This document shows, piece by piece, positions 28,110-36,780 of a stretch of DNA of 64,000 bases (position 1 is its first letter; the number at the start of each line of letters is the position of its first letter). A program made the position numbers and the translations under genes. Below the pieces are notes generated by a model. The model was not told the DNA's origin, did no database searches, and saw only the letters and a list, made by a program, of their open reading frames with translations. The stretch comes from an uncultured archaeon (GTDB lineage Archaea; Asgardarchaeota; Lokiarchaeia; Sigyniarchaeales; SOKP01), in assembly GCA_964508365.1 (NCBI GenBank), contig CAZDTP010000003.1, positions 27,559 to 91,558 on the forward strand, given 5' to 3'.

Positions 28110-29206
28110 TGATACTTAAGAATACGATATAAAGTGTCTCTTTGTGCCGGATGTTTTCCAGCTGATCGAATAATATCTATTATTTTCTCGGGAGTTAAAT
28201 ATTCTCCAAAATCAGCACCTGCACTTTTAGAGATATTCTCTTCCATTAACGTCCCCGAAAAATCATTAACACCAAAATTAAGAGACACTTGAGCAAATTT
28301 AGGACCCAATTTTACCCATGAGCATTGGATATTGTTTATATAGTTATTGAAAAATATTCTTGCTACAGCAAATAATTTCAAGTCAGCCATCCCATAACTT
28401 GCTTTTAAAGGGTATTCTGTTAGTTTAGATAAAACAGGGTTCATGCTAACAAAAGATAGAGGAACAAATTCGGTAAAACCAGAGGTTTCCGCCTGAATAT
28501 TCCTTAAAACTTGAAGGTGTTCTATTCTATGTTGTAAATCTTCTATATGTCCATACATCATAGTTGAAGTGGTAGGGATGCCTGAATTATGAGCGATTTT
28601 TATAATATCAATCCATTGAGAAGTTGATATTTTATTAGGACATATAACTTTCCTAATTTCATCTACTAATATTTCAGCAGCAGTTCCCGGCATTGAGTCT
28701 AACCCAGCTCTTTTTAATTCTTTTAAGACATCTTCAATAGAAGAACCGTATAATTTTGCCATGTGGAATACTTCTTGGGGAGAAAAAGCATGAGTATGCA
28801 TATTAGAATCAATTTCTTTAACAACCTTTAGAATATCTAGATAGTAATTAAAATCTAGCTCAGGGTTTATTCCTCCTTGTATACAAACTTCTGTACAACC
28901 TGCTCTTTTAGCATCAATTACATCTTCTCTGATTTCTTCATGGGTTTTTAAAAAACTCTCCTCACTTTTATTTGAAACGCTAAAAGAACAAAATTTACAT
29001 CCTTGATAGCAAACGTTTGTGAAATTAATGTTTCGATTTATAATAAAAGTCACAAGATTATTTTTCTTTTCAAAACAAATCTGATCAGCTACCTGTTGTA
29101 GAGCAAAGAAATCTTTGCCGGTAACTTTTAGAAGAGCTAAAGCTTCTTCTTGGTTGATCTCTTCTGAATCCTCAGCTTTTTTGAGAATCTTATTTATTCC
29201 TTTCAT
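28106..29206 (-). CDS. cofH: FO synthase subunit 2 (radical SAM), CofH-like
   Basis: NINFTNVCYQGCKFCSF carries the radical-SAM CxxxCxxC. 366 aa, paired and overlapping with a CofG-like gene. The MqnC/MqnE alternative is not fully excluded. Confidence 0.7.
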   Translation of the reverse strand: MKGINKILKKAEDSEEINQEEALALLKVTGKDFFALQQVADQICFEKKNNLVTFIINRNINFTNVCYQGCKFCSFSVSNKSEESFLKTHEEIREDVIDAKRAGCTEVCIQGGINPELDFNYYLDILKVVKEIDSNMHTHAFSPQEVFHMAKLYGSSIEDVLKELKRAGLDSMPGTAAEILVDEIRKVICPNKISTSQWIDIIKIAHNSGIPTTSTMMYGHIEDLQHRIEHLQVLRNIQAETSGFTEFVPLSFVSMNPVLSKLTEYPLKASYGMADLKLFAVARIFFNNYINNIQCSWVKLGPKFAQVSLNFGVNDFSGTLMEENISKSAGADFGEYLTPEKIIDIIRSAGKHPAQRDTLYRILKYH

Positions 29207-30308
29207 TCAAATTAATATTATCTATCGTTTTTTTAATATTTTCTGGGCAAAAACCATTTTTAGTAATATATTTCTCATAGACAGGAAGTCTCTCTACGAG
29301 TTGGTATCCCATCCTATTACAAATCGTCTCTAAGTATTCAATTTTAGGCCAAACATGTTTCGGGTTAATATAATCCAATGTATAGGGAGAAACACCTCCA
29401 AAATCATCAATTCCTAGCTCAATGGCTTCTTTTTCGTAATTTTGAATTAGATTTGGTGGTACTTGAATAGCTATCTCATTACCTAAAATAAGCTTTGCAA
29501 ATCCCGCGGTTTTTAAAGTTTCTTCAATTGTTAAGGGGTTATCCGGATGGTATTCTATCCCTTCTTTATCAGTGAATTTTTGTATTATGACTTCTTGAAT
29601 ATGACCATATTTAGAGTGAATATCCTTAATTAAAAGAAGGTCTTGTATTCTATCGTCAAAATTTTCTCCTATTCCTAGCAATAAACCCGTTGTAAAAGGG
29701 ATTTTTAATCTACCCGCGTTTTTAATGTGTTTAATTCTGTTTTCTGGAATCTTGCCAGGTGAATTATAGTGAACTCCTCCTTCTTTGAGGAGGAGCTTGT
29801 TTGTACTTTCTATCATTAGCCCCATACTTGCATTACATTCCTTCAAACTTTTTAATTGTTCGTAAGTTAGTAACCCTACATTAGTATGAGGCAAAATATT
29901 TGCATCTAACAATCTGAAACATAAATTCCTTACAAATTGGGTAAAATCTTTAAAATTTCTTCCTTCCAACTCACTACGAACTTCATTATAGCTATCGGGA
30001 AATTCGCCTGACATTAATAGAGCTTCTTTACAATTATATTGAGTGGCGGTTTGAATTAATTCATTAATTTTTTCCTCTCTAATTAATGCGACATTTTCTT
30101 CGTCAGAGCCCTTAGGAATTGTATGGTTGTAAAAACAATACTTACATCGGTTCTGACAATAGTTTGATAAGGATAAGGTAAAATTTTTGGAGTAAGTAAT
30201 TACATTATGCTTTTCTCTTGGTAATTCTGCCCTTACTTCACTTATTTCTTCTTTTAACCTCTTAAGTGATAAATTTTTTAATCTTTCTAGATTCTTTGGT
30301 GCATTCAT
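29190..30308 (-). CDS. cofG: FO synthase subunit 1 (radical SAM), CofG-like
   Basis: LSLSNYCQNRCKYCFY carries CxxxCxxC. It is adjacent to the cofH-like gene and to a diaminopyrimidinone reductase whose product feeds FO synthase. Confidence 0.7.
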   Translation of the reverse strand: MNAPKNLERLKNLSLKRLKEEISEVRAELPREKHNVITYSKNFTLSLSNYCQNRCKYCFYNHTIPKGSDEENVALIREEKINELIQTATQYNCKEALLMSGEFPDSYNEVRSELEGRNFKDFTQFVRNLCFRLLDANILPHTNVGLLTYEQLKSLKECNASMGLMIESTNKLLLKEGGVHYNSPGKIPENRIKHIKNAGRLKIPFTTGLLLGIGENFDDRIQDLLLIKDIHSKYGHIQEVIIQKFTDKEGIEYHPDNPLTIEETLKTAGFAKLILGNEIAIQVPPNLIQNYEKEAIELGIDDFGGVSPYTLDYINPKHVWPKIEYLETICNRMGYQLVERLPVYEKYITKNGFCPENIKKTIDNINLNERNK

Positions 30309-30988
30309 CGCTTCGTTTTTCTATATTTAAGAATTACATAATTATTTCTGCTGGTAACATTTATTAAACTATATCTTGGGCTCTCTATCATTTTTTCAAA
30401 CCCTTCCCCTTCCACTAAGCTTACTGCATCTTTACCACCTACCATCCAAGGCGCAATAAATATTCTGATCTCGTCTACTATATTTTCCCTAATAAAACTC
30501 CAGTTTAAATTTCCTCCACCCTCTAGGAGAATTCTTCTTATTCCCTTCTGATATAAAATGGGCATTAGTTTAATTATATCAACTCTACTCCCTGTCCCTG
30601 ACTTTATAATCTCAATGTCGTTAGATTCGAATTCTCTAATCCTCTCCACAGACGCATTTTCAGTAGTTGCTATTATGGTCGGATAAATTTCAGGTTTGTA
30701 TCTAACTACATTTGATTCGATAGGTATCGAAAGAGTGCTATCTAACACAATTCTATAATAACTTTTGTGATCGTAGAACTTGATGTGCAATTTTGGGTTA
30801 TCTGAAATAATCGAACATTTGCCAATCATGATGGCATCGACTTCTGTCCTGAGCTTGTGAACAGCCATCCAATCTTCTTCATCTGAAATTTCTGGATCTC
30901 CAGTTTTAGAAGCAATTTTTCCATCGATTGTCATAGCAGCACTTAAAATTATGTAAGGTCGTTTATCTCCTTTCAAATACCACCACAC
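30305..30988 (-). CDS. 2,5-diamino-6-ribosylamino-4(3H)-pyrimidinone 5'-phosphate reductase (RibD C-terminal domain type)
   Basis: PYIILSAAMTIDGKIASKTGDPEISDEEDWMAVHKLRTEVDAIMIGKCSIISDNPKL and RILLEGGGNLNWSF are typical of the RibD_C/archaeal reductase family. Confidence 0.75.
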   Translation of the reverse strand: MWWYLKGDKRPYIILSAAMTIDGKIASKTGDPEISDEEDWMAVHKLRTEVDAIMIGKCSIISDNPKLHIKFYDHKSYYRIVLDSTLSIPIESNVVRYKPEIYPTIIATTENASVERIREFESNDIEIIKSGTGSRVDIIKLMPILYQKGIRRILLEGGGNLNWSFIRENIVDEIRIFIAPWMVGGKDAVSLVEGEGFEKMIESPRYSLINVTSRNNYVILKYRKTKR

Positions 30989-32135
30989 CTTTAATGTAAG
31001 TCTTCTTTATATTCTCTGATTTAGTTCTTTGAACGATGATGTTGTAAATACTTTCAGAATCAATTTTATATGTATAATAATTTGGATGAGAAAGGTCAAC
31101 TAAAAAGAAATCAGCATATTTTCCTGCTGAAATTGAACCATATTCTTTTTCTAATCCCAAATTTCTAGCAGCAGTAATGGTAACCATTTCTAGTAGATCC
31201 TTTGATGTTAAATTCTTACAATCCTTATGCACGGCTAATACTCGGGAAATTCTATATAAATATCGCATTTCTTCGAATAAGTCAGTATTGTTAGCCATTA
31301 CATTATCAGTACCGAGACTAATTGGGATTCCAAGATCATAAATCTCATTTATTGGCGGAAATCCACTTCCAAAATAACCGTTGCATCTAGGACATAAGAC
31401 TAAAGAAATGTTTTTTTTTTTTAATCTTTCCAAATCATCTTTATTGTAGTGAGTTCCATGTATAACGACATCAATCAGCTGATCATTTATAATTAGATTG
31501 AAGAGTAACTCGTCTCTCGAGAGTTCACTATCATGAGTCGCAATAATTTTGTCTAAATATTCTCTCTTCAAACCTCTGATAATTTCTTTGTGTTCCGAAG
31601 ATAATTGATCGTAGCTAGCAAATCCCAAACCATCAGCACATTTAAAAACGGAATCGATCTCTGTTGTATCATTAAATCTTCCCAAGATGCGATAGTTAAT
31701 TGGAGACTTTTGCAATGCTTCTTTTAAAAGGGCAATGCCAATTAATCCATCTTCTCTAAAGTCGAAGAACATAGTTATACCGCTTGCAAGCATTTCTATC
31801 GCAGCCTCTCTTATTCCATGCATTTTTATTTCTTTTGAGGTTTTACTTAGTAATACATGCTTGATTCCATTTGGAGGAGCAACCGTTTCTATTAAATCTT
31901 TATTAAAGCCCTGTTCTTTCGCAAAACTATCACAAATATGAACATGGGAATTAATAAAACCAGGGATCAATAGGCAGAACTGTTTTTTTTTGGAGAAAGT
32001 AATATCCTCTTTAATAGTATCGTAGAAGATGTCTGTGATCTTTCCATTATCATCTAATTCTATTGAAATATTCTTTTTTAATTCTAATCTATCTCCAATC
32101 AAACCAAAGTTACTGCGAATGGTGGTGTTAGACAT
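30963..32135 (-). CDS. amidohydrolase-superfamily deaminase (TRZ/ATZ / DadD-like)
   Basis: PGFINSHVHICDS is the HxH metal motif, with a downstream SLGTDNV Asp motif. 390 aa. The substrate cannot be determined from sequence alone. Confidence 0.6.
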   Translation of the reverse strand: MSNTTIRSNFGLIGDRLELKKNISIELDDNGKITDIFYDTIKEDITFSKKKQFCLLIPGFINSHVHICDSFAKEQGFNKDLIETVAPPNGIKHVLLSKTSKEIKMHGIREAAIEMLASGITMFFDFREDGLIGIALLKEALQKSPINYRILGRFNDTTEIDSVFKCADGLGFASYDQLSSEHKEIIRGLKREYLDKIIATHDSELSRDELLFNLIINDQLIDVVIHGTHYNKDDLERLKKKNISLVLCPRCNGYFGSGFPPINEIYDLGIPISLGTDNVMANNTDLFEEMRYLYRISRVLAVHKDCKNLTSKDLLEMVTITAARNLGLEKEYGSISAGKYADFFLVDLSHPNYYTYKIDSESIYNIIVQRTKSENIKKTYIKGVVVFERR

Positions 32136-32202
32136 AGGACACTCAAAATTTTTTGTTCTTTCGATTAAAAAGCATTACCTTTAACGACAATCAAGACTAC
32201 AA

Positions 32203-32760
32203 CTAGCTCTTTAGAAGTTCTAACGCCTCTGATCTGGTAATAGGATTTGTTTTAAAAATACCTTTTATTGCCGATGTTATCATTATTGGGTTAGATTGCT
32301 TTACGCCTCTCATTATTTCACATAAGTGAGTTCCTTTTACAATAACCATCACTCCTCTCGGTTTTAAAGCACACTCCATTAAGTAATTAGCAATGTCATC
32401 TGTCATTTTTTCCTGAACATTTAACCTATGAGTAAAATAATTAACAACCCTTACGAATTTTGAAATTCCTAGAAGATATTCTCCGGGCATATATACGATA
32501 TCAATTGTACCATAAAAAGGTAAAATGTGGTGTTCACACATGCTGTAAAATTGAATATCCTTTGATATTATTATTTCACTATATTGTGCTTTAAAAATTT
32601 TTATATCCTTATCCAAATCCAGCTGATATCCGTCAAAAATTTCATTGTACGAGTTAGCTACTCGTCTTGGAGTTTCTAATGTTGCAGGTCTTAAATCGTC
32701 ATTACCTTCAATTTCTTTAATGAGTTGGGTAATTAATTCTTGTACTCTTTCTTTATTCAT
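32203..32760 (-). CDS. folE: GTP cyclohydrolase I (FolE type)
   Basis: FYSMCEHHILPFYGTIDIVYMPGEYLLGISKFVRVVNYFTHRLNVQEKMT is the FolE active-site block (CEHH...GLSK...R.QvQE). Confidence 0.9.
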   Translation of the reverse strand: MNKERVQELITQLIKEIEGNDDLRPATLETPRRVANSYNEIFDGYQLDLDKDIKIFKAQYSEIIISKDIQFYSMCEHHILPFYGTIDIVYMPGEYLLGISKFVRVVNYFTHRLNVQEKMTDDIANYLMECALKPRGVMVIVKGTHLCEIMRGVKQSNPIMITSAIKGIFKTNPITRSEALELLKS

Positions 32761-32915
32761 TTTTTTGTATTAATCTCTTTTTTAATTTATATATATTGAA
32801 ATTTAGGAAAATATAAATAAATATTAGAATTCGAAAAAAATCGCTGTTAAAGAATTTAAAAAAAGCTTTGAGCGTTCAATTCCTTTATTTTCAAGATTTA
32901 TCTAACTGTTTATCA

Positions 32916-34034
32916 TTACTTCTTTAGGAAATGTCTATAAATTGTCACATAGTTTTTTACACTTACTACTCTAGGATTACGCCTAAAATTAGAAGGAATA
33001 AGAGCACTACAGCGTGAACAGAGTTTTGAAGTCTGCATCCAATCTTTAAATTCATCAGCGTGGGAAGGATACCTGCAGTTTGGACATACAACTACTCCTC
33101 GTCCTCTATCTTCCGGAAGTTTTGGTAATTTAAAACAAAAGATACACTTGAAATCCTCTAATGTTAAATATGATCCTTTTGGTTTAAATTTGTCAAAATT
33201 TTGGATTTTTGAAGTTGATTTAGTTCTAGTTATATGAGTTGCATTTGATGTTTTTTTTCTAGTGGTTTGCTTTTTTGACGTAGGAGTTATTCTTGATGAT
33301 TGAGTTCTAGATCTTGTTGTACGAGTAGTTGCTCTAGTAGAGGGTGTTGGATTAGTTACCCTTGTTGTCCTTACATTCTGTCTCTGTATTGTAGGTGTGG
33401 TTAAACTATTAATAGTTCTAGTACGATTTGCGATGTAATCACGAGTTAATGTAGGTAGTGATGAGCGTGTATTAGTAAATCCAAAAAGTATTACTATTAA
33501 AATCGTAGCAATTAATAGCAGCAAGAGATTTAAGTCTAATGGAAAACTTTCAATAGAACCATAGAAAGTTATCCAATAAGTTAGAATGAAAATAAGAACT
33601 GAGATTGATAACATGTACCCTAGCGTTCTCGCTTTTACTGCCTTTGTTCCAAAGTATATTACATTGTATTTCTTAAAACAACGATATAAAGAGTAAGAAC
33701 CATACAATATGTAAGGAAAAGCAAAAATTAGGCTCCATAAACTAAAATATACCCCTCCGAGAAGATTTTCACCCAATACACCTGTATAAAAACCCCATAT
33801 AGAATAAAAAATTCCCACACATAACGGAAGAATTACAAAAAATGCAGTATTTTGTGGTGAATTAAACTCACGATGACGTTTTATGTTTTCAAATATTTTT
33901 AAAGTGAATATTAACCATAACCCAATTAATAACCAAGTAACAAAATTAGAAAAAGAATAGGAGAGTAAACCATGGATTGCACCAATTATTAGAAAAATAG
34001 TACATATTATTGTTATAGTTTTATTTCTTGCCAT
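32916..34034 (-). CDS. six-TM membrane protein with Thr/Arg-rich linker and C-terminal RING-like zinc finger (candidate E3)
   Basis: There are about six hydrophobic helices in residues 1-190. A low-complexity T/R/S linker follows (TRVTNPTPSTRATTRTTRSRTQSSRITPTS...). Then comes CIFC-x16-CPNC-x4-H-x13-CSRC. It is the last gene of the Ubl-E1-E2-JAMM operon. Confidence 0.55.
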   Translation of the reverse strand: MARNKTITIICTIFLIIGAIHGLLSYSFSNFVTWLLIGLWLIFTLKIFENIKRHREFNSPQNTAFFVILPLCVGIFYSIWGFYTGVLGENLLGGVYFSLWSLIFAFPYILYGSYSLYRCFKKYNVIYFGTKAVKARTLGYMLSISVLIFILTYWITFYGSIESFPLDLNLLLLLIATILIVILFGFTNTRSSLPTLTRDYIANRTRTINSLTTPTIQRQNVRTTRVTNPTPSTRATTRTTRSRTQSSRITPTSKKQTTRKKTSNATHITRTKSTSKIQNFDKFKPKGSYLTLEDFKCIFCFKLPKLPEDRGRGVVVCPNCRYPSHADEFKDWMQTSKLCSRCSALIPSNFRRNPRVVSVKNYVTIYRHFLKK

Positions 34035-34066
34035 GGTTTAGATATCACCAAAGGTGTTTTTTATCT

Positions 34067-34873
34067 TTATTCATCATATTCTAAATATGCTGGTTTCCCT
34101 TCAATAATTGGATTCATGAATTCTAAAATTTCTGGTAACATTCTCACATCTAAATGGCCCTTAATATCAAAAGGTACCGAGTACCATTTTTTAGTTTTAA
34201 AATTTGCACGATAGATCTCAAAACCTACAGATTTTCCGTTAATTTGATAAGGATCAATTACTAAAGCTACTGATTTATCCCAAAATTGCTGATATCGCCT
34301 TTGAGTCCCTAAGTCTTCTCTAGACATGAAACATCCATATGAGGGATGAGAATGATACCATCCACAAATAAATTGCTTACTTTTTACAATATCTTCATAT
34401 GCTCGAGTAAAATTGTTATAATCTTTAATTTCAGCATAGACTGCAGTGCCGTGACCCATTGGATATGCATCTTCTAAATATAATATTCCATTGTCATAGC
34501 TTCCAGCGAGTAACCCAATCACCTCAACCCAGTTCTCTTTCCTAATTTTGGAATTCGCATATTTCAACGAATGACTTGAGATCTTTAGGATAGCTTTTAC
34601 AGTTATTTTTATCTTTGCAGAAATTTTATCACTTTTATCACCTTTAGCGATAGTTATTACAGGTTCCATTGGAATTGGTTCTAATTTGGTTTTTATACTT
34701 TCTGAATGGTTTAAAGATTTCGCATCAAAAATTTCAGCGGTTATTTCTTCCTGTAATTCTTCGAGTTGTAATTCGGTGTATACTTCCTCAAGTATTTCTT
34801 TTTTGATCTTTTCCTTTATTTTTTGTTTAATTGCATCTCTAATTTTTTCACCATTCTCATCGTTAATTTTCAT
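34067..34873 (-). CDS. JAMM/MPN+ metalloprotease (Rpn11/CSN5-like deubiquitinase candidate)
   Basis: EVIGLLAG supplies the conserved Glu, and GWYHSHPSYGCFMSREDL is HxH-x7-S-x2-D. It has a ~110-aa K/E-rich N-terminal extension. Confidence 0.85.
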   Translation of the reverse strand: MKINDENGEKIRDAIKQKIKEKIKKEILEEVYTELQLEELQEEITAEIFDAKSLNHSESIKTKLEPIPMEPVITIAKGDKSDKISAKIKITVKAILKISSHSLKYANSKIRKENWVEVIGLLAGSYDNGILYLEDAYPMGHGTAVYAEIKDYNNFTRAYEDIVKSKQFICGWYHSHPSYGCFMSREDLGTQRRYQQFWDKSVALVIDPYQINGKSVGFEIYRANFKTKKWYSVPFDIKGHLDVRMLPEILEFMNPIIEGKPAYLEYDE

Positions 34874-34877
34874 AAAA

Positions 34878-35405
34878 TCACCATTTATCCTTCGCGTATT
34901 TCTTTACCAAATTCCTAACTTTTTTTTCAAAATTTTTCTGATCTTTCATCATCTCAATAGCTGCCTTTTTGTTAAAAACATCAGTTGGATTAACATATTT
35001 TCCACGAGTGTTTAACATAGCAATTATTGCTTGAACAACTGTAACCGCTGTTTTTGAAGGACTCCATCCCCCTTTTTTGCCAGTTAGAGAAGGATCTACT
35101 AAAGCTAAGCAGATATTTCTTTGTCCTTTATATTCACTTGGCTTTGGCCAAAAGTTTGGATGCCATATCGGAGTATGCAATCTAACAAAAGGAGGCTGAT
35201 TTGGATATTGAACAGGAAACTTCATTTCTAATTTAAACAATCCTCCTGCATAAGCAGTGCCTTTAGGACCTTTAATCGTAACAGCTAAGTGATCGATGCT
35301 CTTTTTTTTTGGATTAAATGGCTTTAATTGGATAATTGTACCTTCCTTTAGCAACTTTTTTAGTCCCGCAAAATCTCGGGAAACTCGACTACTTCTTATA
35401 CTCAT
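34878..35405 (-). CDS. ubiquitin-conjugating enzyme (E2/UBC fold)
   Basis: GPKGTAYAGGLFKLEMKFPVQYPNQPPFVRLHTPIWHPNF...RNICLALV contains the UBC core with the HPN motif and catalytic Cys. The downstream GGWSPSKT...AIIAML matches the W-P helix region. Confidence 0.85.
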   Translation of the reverse strand: MSIRSSRVSRDFAGLKKLLKEGTIIQLKPFNPKKKSIDHLAVTIKGPKGTAYAGGLFKLEMKFPVQYPNQPPFVRLHTPIWHPNFWPKPSEYKGQRNICLALVDPSLTGKKGGWSPSKTAVTVVQAIIAMLNTRGKYVNPTDVFNKKAAIEMMKDQKNFEKKVRNLVKKYAKDKW

Positions 35406-35471
35406 ATTCTTAACCCCGTTTTTTCTTTTTTTTCTTTTTAATATTTTAAAATTATATTTTGGATTAAAATT

Positions 35472-36707
35472 TTATTTAAATTTTAAGGTTACATAAATCT
35501 CTCCACCTTTAAACCCCGCAACTGTGAGAAATTCGTAATTCCTCAAATCGTTTTGTACAAGAGTTTGGTCATTATCTAAAACGACAATATCATTAAAATC
35601 TAATAAAGTTAAAACCGGTTCAAATTCAGATTCCAATTCATATCCATTTCTTTCTAGTGTTTTAATTAAATTTGTACAAGGTGAAGTACTCTTCATTTTA
35701 ATGGAAACTCGTCTTACCTTTTTACCGCACTGAGAACATTCTGGATTTCTCTTCTTTTCAATGTGGTATAGTTTCATTGTCACAGCATTAAATATCACAT
35801 AACTTGTAATAGGCTGACCTAATCCTTTATGACCCCTTTTCCAATGAAGGATTTTAACCACCTCATGAGATTGTAATGCCGAAATAGTTGCGTTAATTGT
35901 AATTATCCCAGGATCGTGGCGATCAATAATTTTTACAATATCATCTTCGGTATATTCAGGTAAGAAATTGTGTTTTACAACAAGTTCATTTGCAACTTTT
36001 TGAATAAATCTAATATCTTCTACATTTTTAGGATTTGGATCTGTGTCAAATTTATCTTTAAAGGCCATATCTCCTTTAAAGACACAATGAATTCTTTTTC
36101 GAGGGATGCCAACCACCGTGCAAGCTGCCATTTCATCACTTTTGAGATCTGGCAATGGATTGCATTCATAACATGCATTTCGATATGGAAATATCGTATA
36201 TATGTGACCATAATAACCAGAAACCCCTCCATCTACTAAAGGTTTTCTGAATCTAATGCATTGAGCGTTTAAATTTAGCCTTGCGTTCATTGAATCAAGA
36301 CCTCCAATTACAACATCTGCATTATAATAGAGTGCAGGGTTTAATCTTTCTAAGGATGAATGATACCCTTTAACAATAATATTTGGATTAATTTCGACTA
36401 ATTTTCTTGCAGCTGCAATTGCTTTGGGTTCTCCTAACTTTGCGCCCACAAACAGAATTTGACGGTTCAGGTTAGAATGTTCAATTATGTCTAAATCGAC
36501 AAGATCTATATGACCTACCCCTAACATGGTTAAGTTTTTAGCAATTTCACATCCTAAACCTCCTACGCCAGCTATTAATACTCTCGACTTTTTTACTAAT
36601 TTCTGGGACCATCCTTCTAAACGAAATTGACGATCGTATAAGTCTCTCTCTTCTTCTGACATTCCCTTTGCAAAAAAATCTGAATTCTTACGCAATATTA
36701 TCACCAT
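35472..36707 (-). CDS. E1-like ubiquitin-activating adenylyltransferase (ThiF/MoeB/UBA family)
   Basis: YDRQFRLEGW...VLIAGVGGLGCEIAKNLTMLGVGHIDLVDLDIIEHSNLNRQILF is the adenylation-domain signature. There are two CxxC pairs (CYEC, CSQC), a candidate catalytic Cys in AACTVVG, and an extra ~85-aa C-terminal domain. Confidence 0.85.
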   Translation of the reverse strand: MVIILRKNSDFFAKGMSEEERDLYDRQFRLEGWSQKLVKKSRVLIAGVGGLGCEIAKNLTMLGVGHIDLVDLDIIEHSNLNRQILFVGAKLGEPKAIAAARKLVEINPNIIVKGYHSSLERLNPALYYNADVVIGGLDSMNARLNLNAQCIRFRKPLVDGGVSGYYGHIYTIFPYRNACYECNPLPDLKSDEMAACTVVGIPRKRIHCVFKGDMAFKDKFDTDPNPKNVEDIRFIQKVANELVVKHNFLPEYTEDDIVKIIDRHDPGIITINATISALQSHEVVKILHWKRGHKGLGQPITSYVIFNAVTMKLYHIEKKRNPECSQCGKKVRRVSIKMKSTSPCTNLIKTLERNGYELESEFEPVLTLLDFNDIVVLDNDQTLVQNDLRNYEFLTVAGFKGGEIYVTLKFK

Positions 36708-36710
36708 TAA

Positions 36711-36753
36711 TATTAATCAAAAAAATAAAAAAATTGAAGGGCTTTATGCCCTT
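36711..36753 (-). terminator. hairpin plus oligo-T tract between Ubl and E1 genes (candidate terminator/attenuator)
   Basis: On the minus strand: AAGGGC-ATAAA-GCCCTT (perfect 6-bp stem, 36737-36753), immediately followed by CAATTTTTTTATTTTTTTG. It ends about 10 nt before the E1 ATG. Confidence 0.35.
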
Positions 36754-36780
36754 ACTATATATTATATTTTATGAAAAGAA

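Noticed and set aside
33195-33470. A repetitive-looking DNA stretch inside the RING-TM gene. I considered a nucleotide-level tandem repeat or mobile-element scar.
   Set aside because: No exact periodic unit is present. The pattern is explained by the Thr/Arg/Ser-rich protein linker (ACx/AGA/CGx codons).
34686-35496. Plus-strand ORFs 34686-35015 and 35296-35496 inside the ubiquitin operon.
   Set aside because: They are antisense to the JAMM, E2 and E1 genes, whose motifs are unambiguous. Their translations are Phe/Ile/Ser/Leu-rich.
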